This document shows, piece after piece, positions 17,754-25,643 of a stretch of DNA of 33,209 nucleotides. Under the pieces are notes generated by a model, which did not search any database, had not been told where the DNA came from, and saw nothing but the letters and a program-made list of their open reading frames with translations. The translations under genes were made by a program, and so were the position numbers. Numbering within the stretch: position 1 is the first letter of the stretch; the number at the start of each line of letters is the position of its first letter. Location of the stretch: positions 1 through 33,209 of the forward strand of contig JAHFNY010000005.1 of NCBI GenBank assembly GCA_023267075.1, in the 5' to 3' direction. The stretch comes from Candidatus Vogelbacteria bacterium (GTDB lineage: Bacteria; Patescibacteriota; Minisyncoccia; Phycocordibacterales; XYD1-FULL-46-19).

Positions 17754-19115
17754 TTAGAATGGAACATCCCCGACTCTTATCTCATTTTCATTGTTTGCGA
17801 TATTTACCCCCGGCTCGTACGCACTATGTATTTCCTCCGTTTTCTCAAGCCTCTTAGCGGCAATTGTGGGATATGTCAGGAGTTGCCGACGATCATTCGG
17901 GTCCGGCTCCTGAAAGATAAGGCCAGCAGATTCGATGTTCGGCAGATAGTCATAGCGGAGCCTGAACATTCCCAGATTGCCACCATAGACGTGAGCATAT
18001 TGCTTAAGCATGTCTTGGCGGGTAACGCCTATTTTCTTTTCTTCAGGAACAGGATCACCAAACTCATCGGTCTGGTCCCGGTTCCACAAGGGCAGAATAA
18101 TCTGCGAATAGAATTCGTAGAGGTACGGTGATATTTCAAGCTCCTGAAAGAGCGATATCTTATCCCAAATCTCAAAGCCAGTATCGATGTCGAATTCGGA
18201 AGCGTAAAGCGTCGTGCCTTGGCGCTTGCGATGCCAGACGTTTAAGAGGGCAACCGATTTGATGATCGAGTAGATGCGCTTTATGTCGCGCTGGTTTCTC
18301 GGCTGCGGATTTTGGATATGGGCAAGGAATCTTTGCTGGACAGCTTTCTCATCCTCGATAATTATTTCATCAACACCGGCAGCTTTGATTAAAGCGATGC
18401 GTTCGATGAGGGCTTTTCGCAGAGGATTCTCGCTGAGCTCTTTATAGTATTTCTTTTTGTCGGATTCTTTGCGAGATGACTGATGAATACCGGCAAGTAT
18501 CTTCTCCTGATTTATTTCAGGGCTAAGAAGCAGAAAGCGAGTCATTTCTTGCTGGTCCATTTTGGCATTGGCCGAGCAGAATATGACCGACGGGAAGCCT
18601 CTGATGACGGCGGTTTTTGTACGTGTGCCACCTTTCTCGGTTTTGTCGGTGATTTTGTGTCTTGTCTCTTTCTCGTCATGAGAGAGGAGTGAGCGTAGCT
18701 TTGTGAGAAGCGTCGCGTGTGGCATGTCGAGGAAGATAATAATTTTCCTTGAGAGGTCTATAAAGCGTTCATTCGTTTCCTTTTTATATACGCCGCTCTC
18801 GTGGAGAAATGAGGTAGGCGATGCACCGGCGAGTTTCATCACATCCTCCTGTGGAAAGAGGTTTGAAATCTCGAGAGGAATGAAGCTCTTCCCGGATGAT
18901 GATGGAGCATTGAAACTGATATTGAATTGCGCGTTGTCGGTATACGCTGCAAGCATGGCGAGAAAGGTGATAATTTTATTTCCATCATCCTTTTTGATGG
19001 TGAGGTCTAGCACCTCACGGACCTGATCAAGAGTGATCGGTTCAGGCGGGGTGATGCGTTCCTTAATTTTGTCGAGTTCCTCTTTGATCGTAAGTGACTC
19101 TAGATTCTGATTCAT
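17754..19115 (-). CDS. P-loop ATPase, putative replication helicase of the element
   Basis: Walker A-like APSSSGKS, hydrophobic-D Walker B-like IIIFLD, TRF (possible Arg finger) and RNQRD. The helicase role is inferred. Confidence 0.65.
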   Translation of the reverse strand: MNQNLESLTIKEELDKIKERITPPEPITLDQVREVLDLTIKKDDGNKIITFLAMLAAYTDNAQFNISFNAPSSSGKSFIPLEISNLFPQEDVMKLAGASPTSFLHESGVYKKETNERFIDLSRKIIIFLDMPHATLLTKLRSLLSHDEKETRHKITDKTEKGGTRTKTAVIRGFPSVIFCSANAKMDQQEMTRFLLLSPEINQEKILAGIHQSSRKESDKKKYYKELSENPLRKALIERIALIKAAGVDEIIIEDEKAVQQRFLAHIQNPQPRNQRDIKRIYSIIKSVALLNVWHRKRQGTTLYASEFDIDTGFEIWDKISLFQELEISPYLYEFYSQIILPLWNRDQTDEFGDPVPEEKKIGVTRQDMLKQYAHVYGGNLGMFRLRYDYLPNIESAGLIFQEPDPNDRRQLLTYPTIAAKRLEKTEEIHSAYEPGVNIANNENEIRVGDVPF

Positions 19116-19329
19116 GATTTTGTAATTTATGGGCTAGTAAGGGAAGCGTTTCGAGCCGTCGTTTGTGGATCTGCTTGTGCTCTTCCGGTGTCATCGGCTT
19201 GTAGACGAGTTCCATCAGGCGCAAAAGTTGAGTGCCTTTTGCCAAGGCTTCTTCTTTGCTTATGTCTATTCCAAAGCGAGCCTTGTAGAGCTCTTGGAAT
19301 TTCCTGATGTCCGCGTCCAAAAGCAGCAT
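19063..19329 (-). CDS. small hypothetical protein of the element core
   Basis: 88-aa ORF packed between core genes (2-nt gap upstream, overlap downstream). Confidence 0.7.
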   Translation of the reverse strand: MLLLDADIRKFQELYKARFGIDISKEEALAKGTQLLRLMELVYKPMTPEEHKQIHKRRLETLPLLAHKLQNHESESRVTYDQRGTRQN

Positions 19330-19331
19330 GA

Positions 19332-19625
19332 CTATTCCGAGTAAAGTTTATTCTTCAAAGCTTTGATGCTGTCAAAGAACGACCGGGCTTTGACTTCGAG
19401 CTGATCCGTAAAATATTTATTCGCATATTCTTCAATTCGAGGACCTTTCTTGAATACGAAAAGGGCCTTGCGAGGATTCTCTCTATCAAGCCGGACCAGC
19501 TCATAATCCAGACAGAGCAGTGCGGCGGATACGCCGAGATCGTAAGTGGTGAACACTAACGACGAATCACCGAAAGAATCGCTGTCCTCCGGCGGTTGTT
19601 TTCTTGTTGTTTTGCTTCGGATCAT
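19332..19625 (-). CDS. small protein, DUF5659-like
   Basis: TYDLGVSAALLC..KALFVF..IKALKNKLY pattern; the family is recalled from memory, not searched. Confidence 0.6.
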   Translation of the reverse strand: MIRSKTTRKQPPEDSDSFGDSSLVFTTYDLGVSAALLCLDYELVRLDRENPRKALFVFKKGPRIEEYANKYFTDQLEVKARSFFDSIKALKNKLYSE

Positions 19626-19666
19626 TGTAATTATCTTTTGGCTAATAAATTCTTTTTAGGAGAAAG

Positions 19667-19695
19667 AAAAAACCATACTGACGTGAGCAGTATGG
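19667..19695 (-). terminator. intrinsic terminator or attenuator-like hairpin
   Basis: CCATACTG-N7-CAGTATGG with a U6 run on the minus strand. Confidence 0.6.
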
Positions 19696-19720
19696 CCGTG
19701 TGGCAAAAAAGAACTGGAAT

Positions 19721-19760
19721 ATCGGACTATTCTGGGCTACTTCGGACTAGATCGGACTTC
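19721..19760. repeat. four degenerate 10-bp tandem repeats
   Basis: ATCGGACTAT / TCTGGGCTAC / TTCGGACTAG / ATCGGACTTC. Confidence 0.65.
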
Positions 19761-20363
19761 AGCCAAGCGTAATTCTTGAAGAAAAACATCCAGGTTGATA
19801 CCGTTCCTTTCCAAGTCATTTTTCGTGACTTCTTTTCGAAATAGCGCAGAACCTTTGCCTCGCTTTGGGAAAAAGGCTTTAAGGACTTCGCCTGTGAAGC
19901 CAATAGCGTTTAGGACTTTTACAAAACTTTTGCCGGAAACTTCCTTTTTGAGATAATCAGGCATTTCTTCGCGGTCGATTTCTGTATCTGGGTGCTCAAA
20001 AAAATATTCAAAAAAGCTCATATTCTTTCCTGTCGCATATGGTTTGGCCAGGAGAAAATCATTAATCCTGATTTCGCGATCTTTAAGCGTGACGATAAAC
20101 TTTTCCGGCATAGCAATCTGTGCTGTCTCGCTTACTCCAGAACCCCTTTCATAAGTGAGGCCACGCTGGTCATCATCCATTACGACGTTCTTGATATAAC
20201 CCTCCTCCTGGAGTTTTTTAAGAATCAAATTCTGATCCTCTCTGAAAATATAGACTTTCCCGTAACGCATGCGCAGTCGTACATGCACGGGACCTCGCGG
20301 GCTTATCAGAGCTCTATCATTGAGGTGTTTCTTTATAGTTTCTATGTTTTCCTTGGCCGTCAT
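19737..20363 (-). CDS. hypothetical protein, possibly a DNA-binding regulator of the element
   Basis: 208-aa ORF heading the core module; no family identified with confidence. Confidence 0.7.
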   Translation of the reverse strand: MTAKENIETIKKHLNDRALISPRGPVHVRLRMRYGKVYIFREDQNLILKKLQEEGYIKNVVMDDDQRGLTYERGSGVSETAQIAMPEKFIVTLKDREIRINDFLLAKPYATGKNMSFFEYFFEHPDTEIDREEMPDYLKKEVSGKSFVKVLNAIGFTGEVLKAFFPKRGKGSALFRKEVTKNDLERNGINLDVFLQELRLAEVRSSPK

Positions 20364-20470
20364 ATTGGGTAATAGTAATTTCCTACAAATCTACACCGAA
20401 TCGAGCTTTTTTCCAATATAGTGAGCTGGCTCGTGGGGTAGTATAGATCGAACATGTTGATAAGTAGAAT

Positions 20471-20499
20471 TTGACGAGTATACCCCTAGGGGGTATACT
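20471..20499 (+). promoter_or_regulatory. sigma70 promoter with an overlapping CsoR operator
   Basis: TTGACG-17-TATACT. The perfect inverted repeat AGTATACCCC-TAG-GGGGTATACT (20477-20499) matches the G/C-tract CsoR operator type. ATG lies 6 nt after the -10. Confidence 0.88.
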
Positions 20500-20505
20500 A
20501 AGCTT

Positions 20506-20772
20506 ATGAAACAAGAGATAAAAAAGGGAGCTCAGCGCAGGCTTGCCATAGTGGCCGGTCAGGTACGAGGCATCCAGGAGATGGTAGAGCAGGAAAAATA
20601 CTGCGTCGATATTATCACGCAGATCGAGGCGGTCCGAGAAGCTTTGTCAGGCATCGGCAACCTAATCCTACAGAATCATTTGGAGACTCACATCATGCAT
20701 CAGATCAAGCATGGCGAAGAAAAGAAAGCCGTGACCGAAATTCTGAAAATATATAAGCTGGCGCAAACCTAG
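20506..20772 (+). CDS. csoR: CsoR/RcnR-family metal-sensing repressor
   Basis: RRLAIVAGQVRGIQEMVE..YCVDIITQIEAV..NHLETH. Confidence 0.92.
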   Translation: MKQEIKKGAQRRLAIVAGQVRGIQEMVEQEKYCVDIITQIEAVREALSGIGNLILQNHLETHIMHQIKHGEEKKAVTEILKIYKLAQT

Positions 20773-20815
20773 CAAAAGCTTTTGTTAGAAAAATTATCAA
20801 TTAACCAAAATTACC

Positions 20816-21406
20816 ATGAAAAAAATTATATTTACCCTCGCATTCGCACTTCTTGTCATTCCTTTCGCTGGTGCGTCCGCTCAAATGATGTATGGCACAG
20901 CGCAAAATGCTTCTGGCACAGCCAGTCAGCCTTTAGATGCTGGCGAAGCGGCTGGGCAGGCAATTGCACAAAAATTGCAGGCCAAGACTCTTGCATGTAC
21001 TGACTTATCTCAGGACAACTATGAATCGCTTGGTGATTATTACATGGGCCTCATGATGGGTTCTTCTCACGATTCAATGGAGCAATATATCGAAAAATCA
21101 TATGGCGCTGACTATTTGAAGTCCATGCATATTGCCATGGGTGAGCGCTTCTCGGGATGTAATGTCAACGTTGCTTTCCCTGCAGGCATGATGGGTTTCG
21201 GTCCAATGATGAACGGCGGATATAACGGCTACGGCATGATGAATGGATATAATACTTATCAAAATTCTCATCCCTGGTACGGGATGATGAGTGTTCCGGG
21301 AATGATGGGTGGCTACTACGGCGGGTTCGGCTGGATCACTATGATTCTTGTCTGGGTGCTCCTAGCTCTAGGTATCGCAGCTGCGGTTAAGTGGCTTAGA
21401 AAATAA
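20816..21406 (+). CDS. exported Met/Gly-rich protein with a C-terminal membrane anchor
   Basis: Signal peptide (..ASA|Q), two Cys, His/Met clusters, GMMG/GMMN repeats and a C-terminal TM helix. Confidence 0.8.
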   Translation: MKKIIFTLAFALLVIPFAGASAQMMYGTAQNASGTASQPLDAGEAAGQAIAQKLQAKTLACTDLSQDNYESLGDYYMGLMMGSSHDSMEQYIEKSYGADYLKSMHIAMGERFSGCNVNVAFPAGMMGFGPMMNGGYNGYGMMNGYNTYQNSHPWYGMMSVPGMMGGYYGGFGWITMILVWVLLALGIAAAVKWLRK

Positions 21407-21422
21407 TAAAGATAAAATTACA

Positions 21423-21638
21423 ATGAAAAAATCATCAATAATGCACGGAGTTTCAATAGTCACAGGCATCTGGGGAGCACTTGCACTCATCGGTGCATGG
21501 CTTGCAGGAGAAAGCGGAACCATCTGGGGTTTCACCTATCAGCACTGCATCAATGACGCCGTTGTACTCACACTCGTATCGATCTCTGCTGCGGTTTGTG
21601 CTCTTTATCGTCGACAGATAGAACGCGAAGGCAAATAA
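21423..21638 (+). CDS. small two-TM membrane protein
   Basis: 71 aa, within the copper operon. Confidence 0.7.
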   Translation: MKKSSIMHGVSIVTGIWGALALIGAWLAGESGTIWGFTYQHCINDAVVLTLVSISAAVCALYRRQIEREGK

Positions 21639-21646
21639 ATATAAAT

Positions 21647-23713
21647 ATGGATTGCTGCGACCATATAAAACCAGAACTGAAATCAACAGAGCCTCACAAT
21701 CACGGCGGGGCGGTTTTATATACCTGTCCCATGCATCCTGAAATCAAGCGCGACAAGCCGGGCATGTGTCCGGAATGCGGCATGGCACTTGTGCCAGTTA
21801 AAGGAAAGAAGGCTCACGAACACGGAAGCCATGATGATTTCAATAAGCATGCTGGACATAAAACAACATCATTCCTCACTAAATTCTGGATCGCCCTAGT
21901 CCTAACAATTCCGATTTTCTTGTATTCAGAGATGGCGGGCTTAGTCGGGATTCATTTACCAGCATTTTCCGGTTCGATATACTTGCAATTGATTCTTGGC
22001 TCGATCATTTACTTCTACTGCGGCTGGATATTTTTGGCTAGCGCGTATCGTGAGCTTAGAGCACGATTGCCCGGTATGATGACGCTCATCGCTCTGGCGG
22101 TAACGTCGGCATACATTTTTAGCGTCTGGACTGTCATTCGAGGAACAGGCAACAACCTCTTCTGGGAACTATCGAGCTTGATCGCTATCATGCTTCTCGG
22201 CCATTGGATCGAGATGAAATCTGTCCAAGGCGCGCAAGGAGCCCTCAAGGAACTCGCTAAACTATTGCCTGACAAGGCAGAAGTAATCCGCGGGGGAAAG
22301 ACAGAAATTATTTCCATAAATGATTTAAAAGTCGGCGACATCGTTCTCGTGAAGCCGGGCTCAAAGGTTCCTGCGGACGGAAAGATTATTGATGGCAAGT
22401 CAGACTTGAATGAATCAATAATCACCGGTGAATCAAAGCCTGTGTCAAAACAACAGGGTGATGAGGTAATTGCGGGTTCGATCAACGGCGACGGCAGTCT
22501 CAAGGTTGAGATCGTGAAGATTGGTGAAGCCACATTCTTGGCAGGGGTTATGCGTCTGGTTGCTGACGCTCAGGCTTCCAAGTCGCGTCTTCAAATGCTC
22601 TCGGATCGAGCCGCTCTATGGCTTACAGTTATTGCCATCATCGCCGGAGGGACAACTTTCGGTGCATGGATATTTGTGGGCGCAGGCATCGTCATTGCAG
22701 TCGAGCGATTAGTGGCGGTTCTGGTCATTACCTGCCCGCATGCTCTGGGCTTAGCTATTCCTTTGGTTGCCTCAATTTCAACGACCAAGGCAGCGCAGAA
22801 TGGCCTCTTAATTAAGAATCGTCTGGCACTTGAGTCAGCACGAACTATTGACACGATCCTTTTTGATAAGACAGGCACGCTTACGGAGGCAAAATTCAAG
22901 GTGACAAAATCAACTTCAGATGAAGCACTGGCTTTAGGAGCTTCAGTCAATACTCATTCGGAACATCCGATCGCCAAGGCTATCGTTGAGGAGGCACAGA
23001 GCCGATCGTTGAAGCTCCACGATGTTGCCGACTTCAAGCGTGTGCCGGGCCGGGGTGCTGAAGGTATAATCGCGGGTGTCCGCGTCTTCGTTGGGACAAA
23101 AGGTGGTGACGACATTGTGGTAGAGCGCGATGGACAGATTGTCGGAACCATATCTGTCGCTGACGCGGTCCGTCCGGAATCAAAAGAGGCAATCGCTCAT
23201 TTGAAAGAGTCAGACATCAAGGTGGCGATGATCACCGGCGACAGCGAAGAAACAGCCAAACGTGTGGCCGGAGAACTCGGGCTTGATGAATACTTTGCCC
23301 GTGTCCTGCCTGAAGACAAAGTGAAGAAAGTGCGCGAGCTCCAGTCTCGAGGACGAAAAGTCGCTATGGTCGGCGACGGCGTCAACGATGCTCCGGCTCT
23401 GACTCAGGCTGATCTGGGCATCGCTATCGGTGCGGGCACCAATGTTGCAATTGAATCAGCTGGAATTATCCTAGTCAGGAATGATCCGCGCGATATTGTG
23501 AAGATCATCAATCTTTCGCGGATGACGTACCGCAAGATGATCCAGAACCTCTTCTGGGCGACAGGATATAACGTCATCGCTCTGCCTTTGGCGGCCGGAG
23601 TCCTTGCATACAAGGGTATAATTTTACAGCCGGCATTAGCTGCCGCCTTCATGTCCGTCTCTACAGTCATTGTGGCATTCAATGCGGTGCTTTTGAAGCG
23701 GGCGAAACTATAA
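21647..23713 (+). CDS. copB: copper-translocating P1B-type ATPase (CPH motif, P1B-3/CopB-like)
   Basis: YTCPMHPEI..CPECGM metal-binding domain, His-rich linker, TGES, CPHALG, DKTGT, SEHP, GDGVND, YN and MSVST. Start placed at ATG 21647. Confidence 0.92.
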   Translation: MDCCDHIKPELKSTEPHNHGGAVLYTCPMHPEIKRDKPGMCPECGMALVPVKGKKAHEHGSHDDFNKHAGHKTTSFLTKFWIALVLTIPIFLYSEMAGLVGIHLPAFSGSIYLQLILGSIIYFYCGWIFLASAYRELRARLPGMMTLIALAVTSAYIFSVWTVIRGTGNNLFWELSSLIAIMLLGHWIEMKSVQGAQGALKELAKLLPDKAEVIRGGKTEIISINDLKVGDIVLVKPGSKVPADGKIIDGKSDLNESIITGESKPVSKQQGDEVIAGSINGDGSLKVEIVKIGEATFLAGVMRLVADAQASKSRLQMLSDRAALWLTVIAIIAGGTTFGAWIFVGAGIVIAVERLVAVLVITCPHALGLAIPLVASISTTKAAQNGLLIKNRLALESARTIDTILFDKTGTLTEAKFKVTKSTSDEALALGASVNTHSEHPIAKAIVEEAQSRSLKLHDVADFKRVPGRGAEGIIAGVRVFVGTKGGDDIVVERDGQIVGTISVADAVRPESKEAIAHLKESDIKVAMITGDSEETAKRVAGELGLDEYFARVLPEDKVKKVRELQSRGRKVAMVGDGVNDAPALTQADLGIAIGAGTNVAIESAGIILVRNDPRDIVKIINLSRMTYRKMIQNLFWATGYNVIALPLAAGVLAYKGIILQPALAAAFMSVSTVIVAFNAVLLKRAKL

Positions 23714-23716
23714 CCG

Positions 23717-24130
23717 ATGAAATCTTTTTATAAACAAATCATTACTATACTTGTTCTCGCATCGTTTCTATCGGTGGCATTTTTCAGCTTCAACGTGATG
23801 ATGCAGGGACCGGACGGGCGCATGGTCGGTGACTGTCCGTTCTCGGCGATGGGCGCTTCGCTTTGTCCGCAAGATACTGCGGCTGTTGCTATCCATCACG
23901 TCTCGGCATATTACGCATTTCTTAATGTGCCGGTGGGCACCAGTTTCGCTGCACTGATTATTTCTCTCATTCTTGCTGTTTGCTCCATACTCATTATTTC
24001 CATACGATCGCCTCTCTCTGGTCCGCCGATCCCTGCTACAGTTTTATACGACTCTCCGCCTCCAAATTCATACAACAGAAAAATAACGCGCTGGCTGTCT
24101 CTTTTTGAAAACAGCCCCTCTCATTTGTAA
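23717..24130 (+). CDS. hypothetical membrane protein with a Cys/His pair and a Pro-rich C-terminus
   Basis: N-terminal TM helix, CPF-x7-CP, HH, a second TM helix, ending WLSLFENSPSHL. Confidence 0.75.
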   Translation: MKSFYKQIITILVLASFLSVAFFSFNVMMQGPDGRMVGDCPFSAMGASLCPQDTAAVAIHHVSAYYAFLNVPVGTSFAALIISLILAVCSILIISIRSPLSGPPIPATVLYDSPPPNSYNRKITRWLSLFENSPSHL

Positions 24131-24192
24131 GAGCACTTAAGAAGCCCTGCTTTTTGAGTGCTCACGCTCGCGTCCTACAGCCGCGGGCTTTT
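24131..24192 (+). promoter_or_regulatory. two tandem hairpins, the second terminator-like
   Basis: GAGCACTTAAGAAGC/GCTTTTTGAGTGCTC (24131-24163) and GCTCGCG/CGCGGGC followed by TTTT (24166-24192). Confidence 0.6.
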
Positions 24193-24225
24193 GCATTATC
24201 AGCTTCTTAATCACTTCTAACAACA

Positions 24226-24738
24226 ATGAAACCAAAAACAATCATCATCACTCTCATAGTCATATTTGTGATCGGTTTTCTCCTTGTCCTCTCCTATCAA
24301 AAGAGCAGCAGTTCGGCGGCGTCTGTTCAAGGAGTTGCATCCACAGGAGCAAAAAGCGCCCTGACCGCATCGAGTACCTTCTACGACTTCGGCACGATCT
24401 CAATGAAGAACGGCGATGTCCATCAGGACTTTACCTTCACAAATCAGACAGCTTCAGATATCACCATTAACAATGTGCAGTCATCCTGTATGTGCACCTC
24501 GGCTTTGCTTGTCCTGCCTGACGGATCAACCAAGGGTCCCTTTGGCATGCCGGGAATGGGAGGCATGACAGCAACCAATGACACAGTCAAAGCCGGTGAG
24601 ACAAGAACAGTCCGTGTCACCTACGATCCCAACGCTCATGGTCCCGCTGGTGTCGGCGCGATTGACCGCTTCGTGACAGTTACAGATACGTCGGGCGCTT
24701 CGCTCCAATTTGAGATTAAGGCGGTCGTAACACCTTAA
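24226..24738 (+). CDS. DUF1573-like Ig-fold exported protein
   Basis: N-terminal TM helix, YDFGTI, FTFTN, SSCMCT and YDPNAHGP. Confidence 0.8.
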   Translation: MKPKTIIITLIVIFVIGFLLVLSYQKSSSSAASVQGVASTGAKSALTASSTFYDFGTISMKNGDVHQDFTFTNQTASDITINNVQSSCMCTSALLVLPDGSTKGPFGMPGMGGMTATNDTVKAGETRTVRVTYDPNAHGPAGVGAIDRFVTVTDTSGASLQFEIKAVVTP

Positions 24739-24742
24739 CCCT

Positions 24743-25309
24743 ATGAAGAAACTACTTATCAGCATCGGAGTCGTGCTCATCGCATTGATCGCGGTAGTGA
24801 CTCTCAAATACAGTCCCGGATTCTCCTCATTCTTGTGGAGCATAAGCGGAGGGGGCGTTTGGCTTCTGCCTCTGGTTGCGTTCTCGGCACTCCTCGACAG
24901 CGTCCACCCGTGCTCGTTCTCAATTCTCCTCATCACTATTGCATTTCTTTTTGGATTGCAGATGACCAGAAAGAAAATCTTACAAATCGGCGGGCTCTAC
25001 ATTGCCGGCATATTTGCCGCATACTTCACGATTGGCATCGGCATTTTGAAGGTCATTCATATCTTCAACACACCGCACTTCATGGGCAAGCTTGGAGCGT
25101 CAATGCTCATTATCTTCGGACTCCTTAATCTCATCGGGGCGCTCTTTCCGAAGTTTCCGCTCAAGCTCAAGATTCCCGACGCAGCTCACCGCTCGATGGG
25201 TAGGCTCATCAACACAGTCTCAATGCCGGCAGCTTTCGCACTCGGACTTCTGGTCGGCCTCTGCCAATTCCCGTGCATGGGCGGTCCGTACCTCATGGTT
25301 AGCCGTTAA
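24743..25309 (+). pseudogene. CcdA/DsbD-like transmembrane thiol-redox protein, probably 3'-truncated
   Basis: DSVHPCSFSIL and QFPCMGGPY conserved Cys pair. The ORF stops 10 codons after the second Cys, where the family normally has further TM helices. Confidence 0.65.
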
Positions 25310-25362
25310 AAAACGGTGGAAAAACGGTTGAGCCCAGCATTTAAAAATGGTGAAAAAATGGA
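25309..25362. repeat. four phased AAAAAYGG repeats
   Basis: Copies start at 25309, 25320, 25343 and 25354 (spacing 11, 23, 11). Confidence 0.6.
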
Positions 25363-25526
25363 CAGACGGGTACATGACAGAATTTAGGACATCGCTTCAA
25401 GATACAGAGTGGGTGTGTAGGGTAGAGACTGCAATTACAGTCGGAATGCAGTCTTGCCCTCCGTTGTTAATGCAACGCGAAAGCAACGTGTGCCCACCTG
25501 CAAATGCAGGTATAATGCAGGAGTAA

Positions 25527-25643
25527 TTATTTTTTAGATACAGTGAGCGCGGGTGTGGGGTAGCAATTCTTGAAGCTCGGAATGTAAATCGTTGCATCGT
25601 CGATTTTCTCGAATATCGTCCTAACGCGCGCGACCACGCGACC
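25527..25643 (-). other. detached alternative C-terminus of the serine recombinase (38 codons plus stop)
   Basis: GRVVARVRTIFEKIDDATIYIPSFKNCYPTPALTVSKK*, in frame with recombinase ..LEW when joined at ACCC. Confidence 0.65.

Noticed and set aside
21187-21330. GGCATGATG-like repeats
   Set aside because: They are explained by Gly-Met-Met low-complexity coding; there is no repeat-spacer regularity and no CRISPR array was seen in the window.
22015-23682. Several long antisense ORFs inside the P-type ATPase (also those inside pilM, nusG/rplK and the recombinase)
   Set aside because: They are codon-bias shadows of well-supported genes on the opposite strand or in other frames.
25295-25303. ATGGTTAGC also occurs in the tRNA-His D-loop (16049-16057), a possible att core at the ccdA breakpoint
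   Set aside because: The displaced 3' part of the tRNA does not follow, so excision there would destroy the tRNA. The ACCC junction explains more. Probably coincidental, though not excluded.
25397-25597. 66-aa minus-strand ORF in the element's right arm
   Set aside because: It has no recognisable features or expression signals and is in a different frame from the recombinase-compatible tail.
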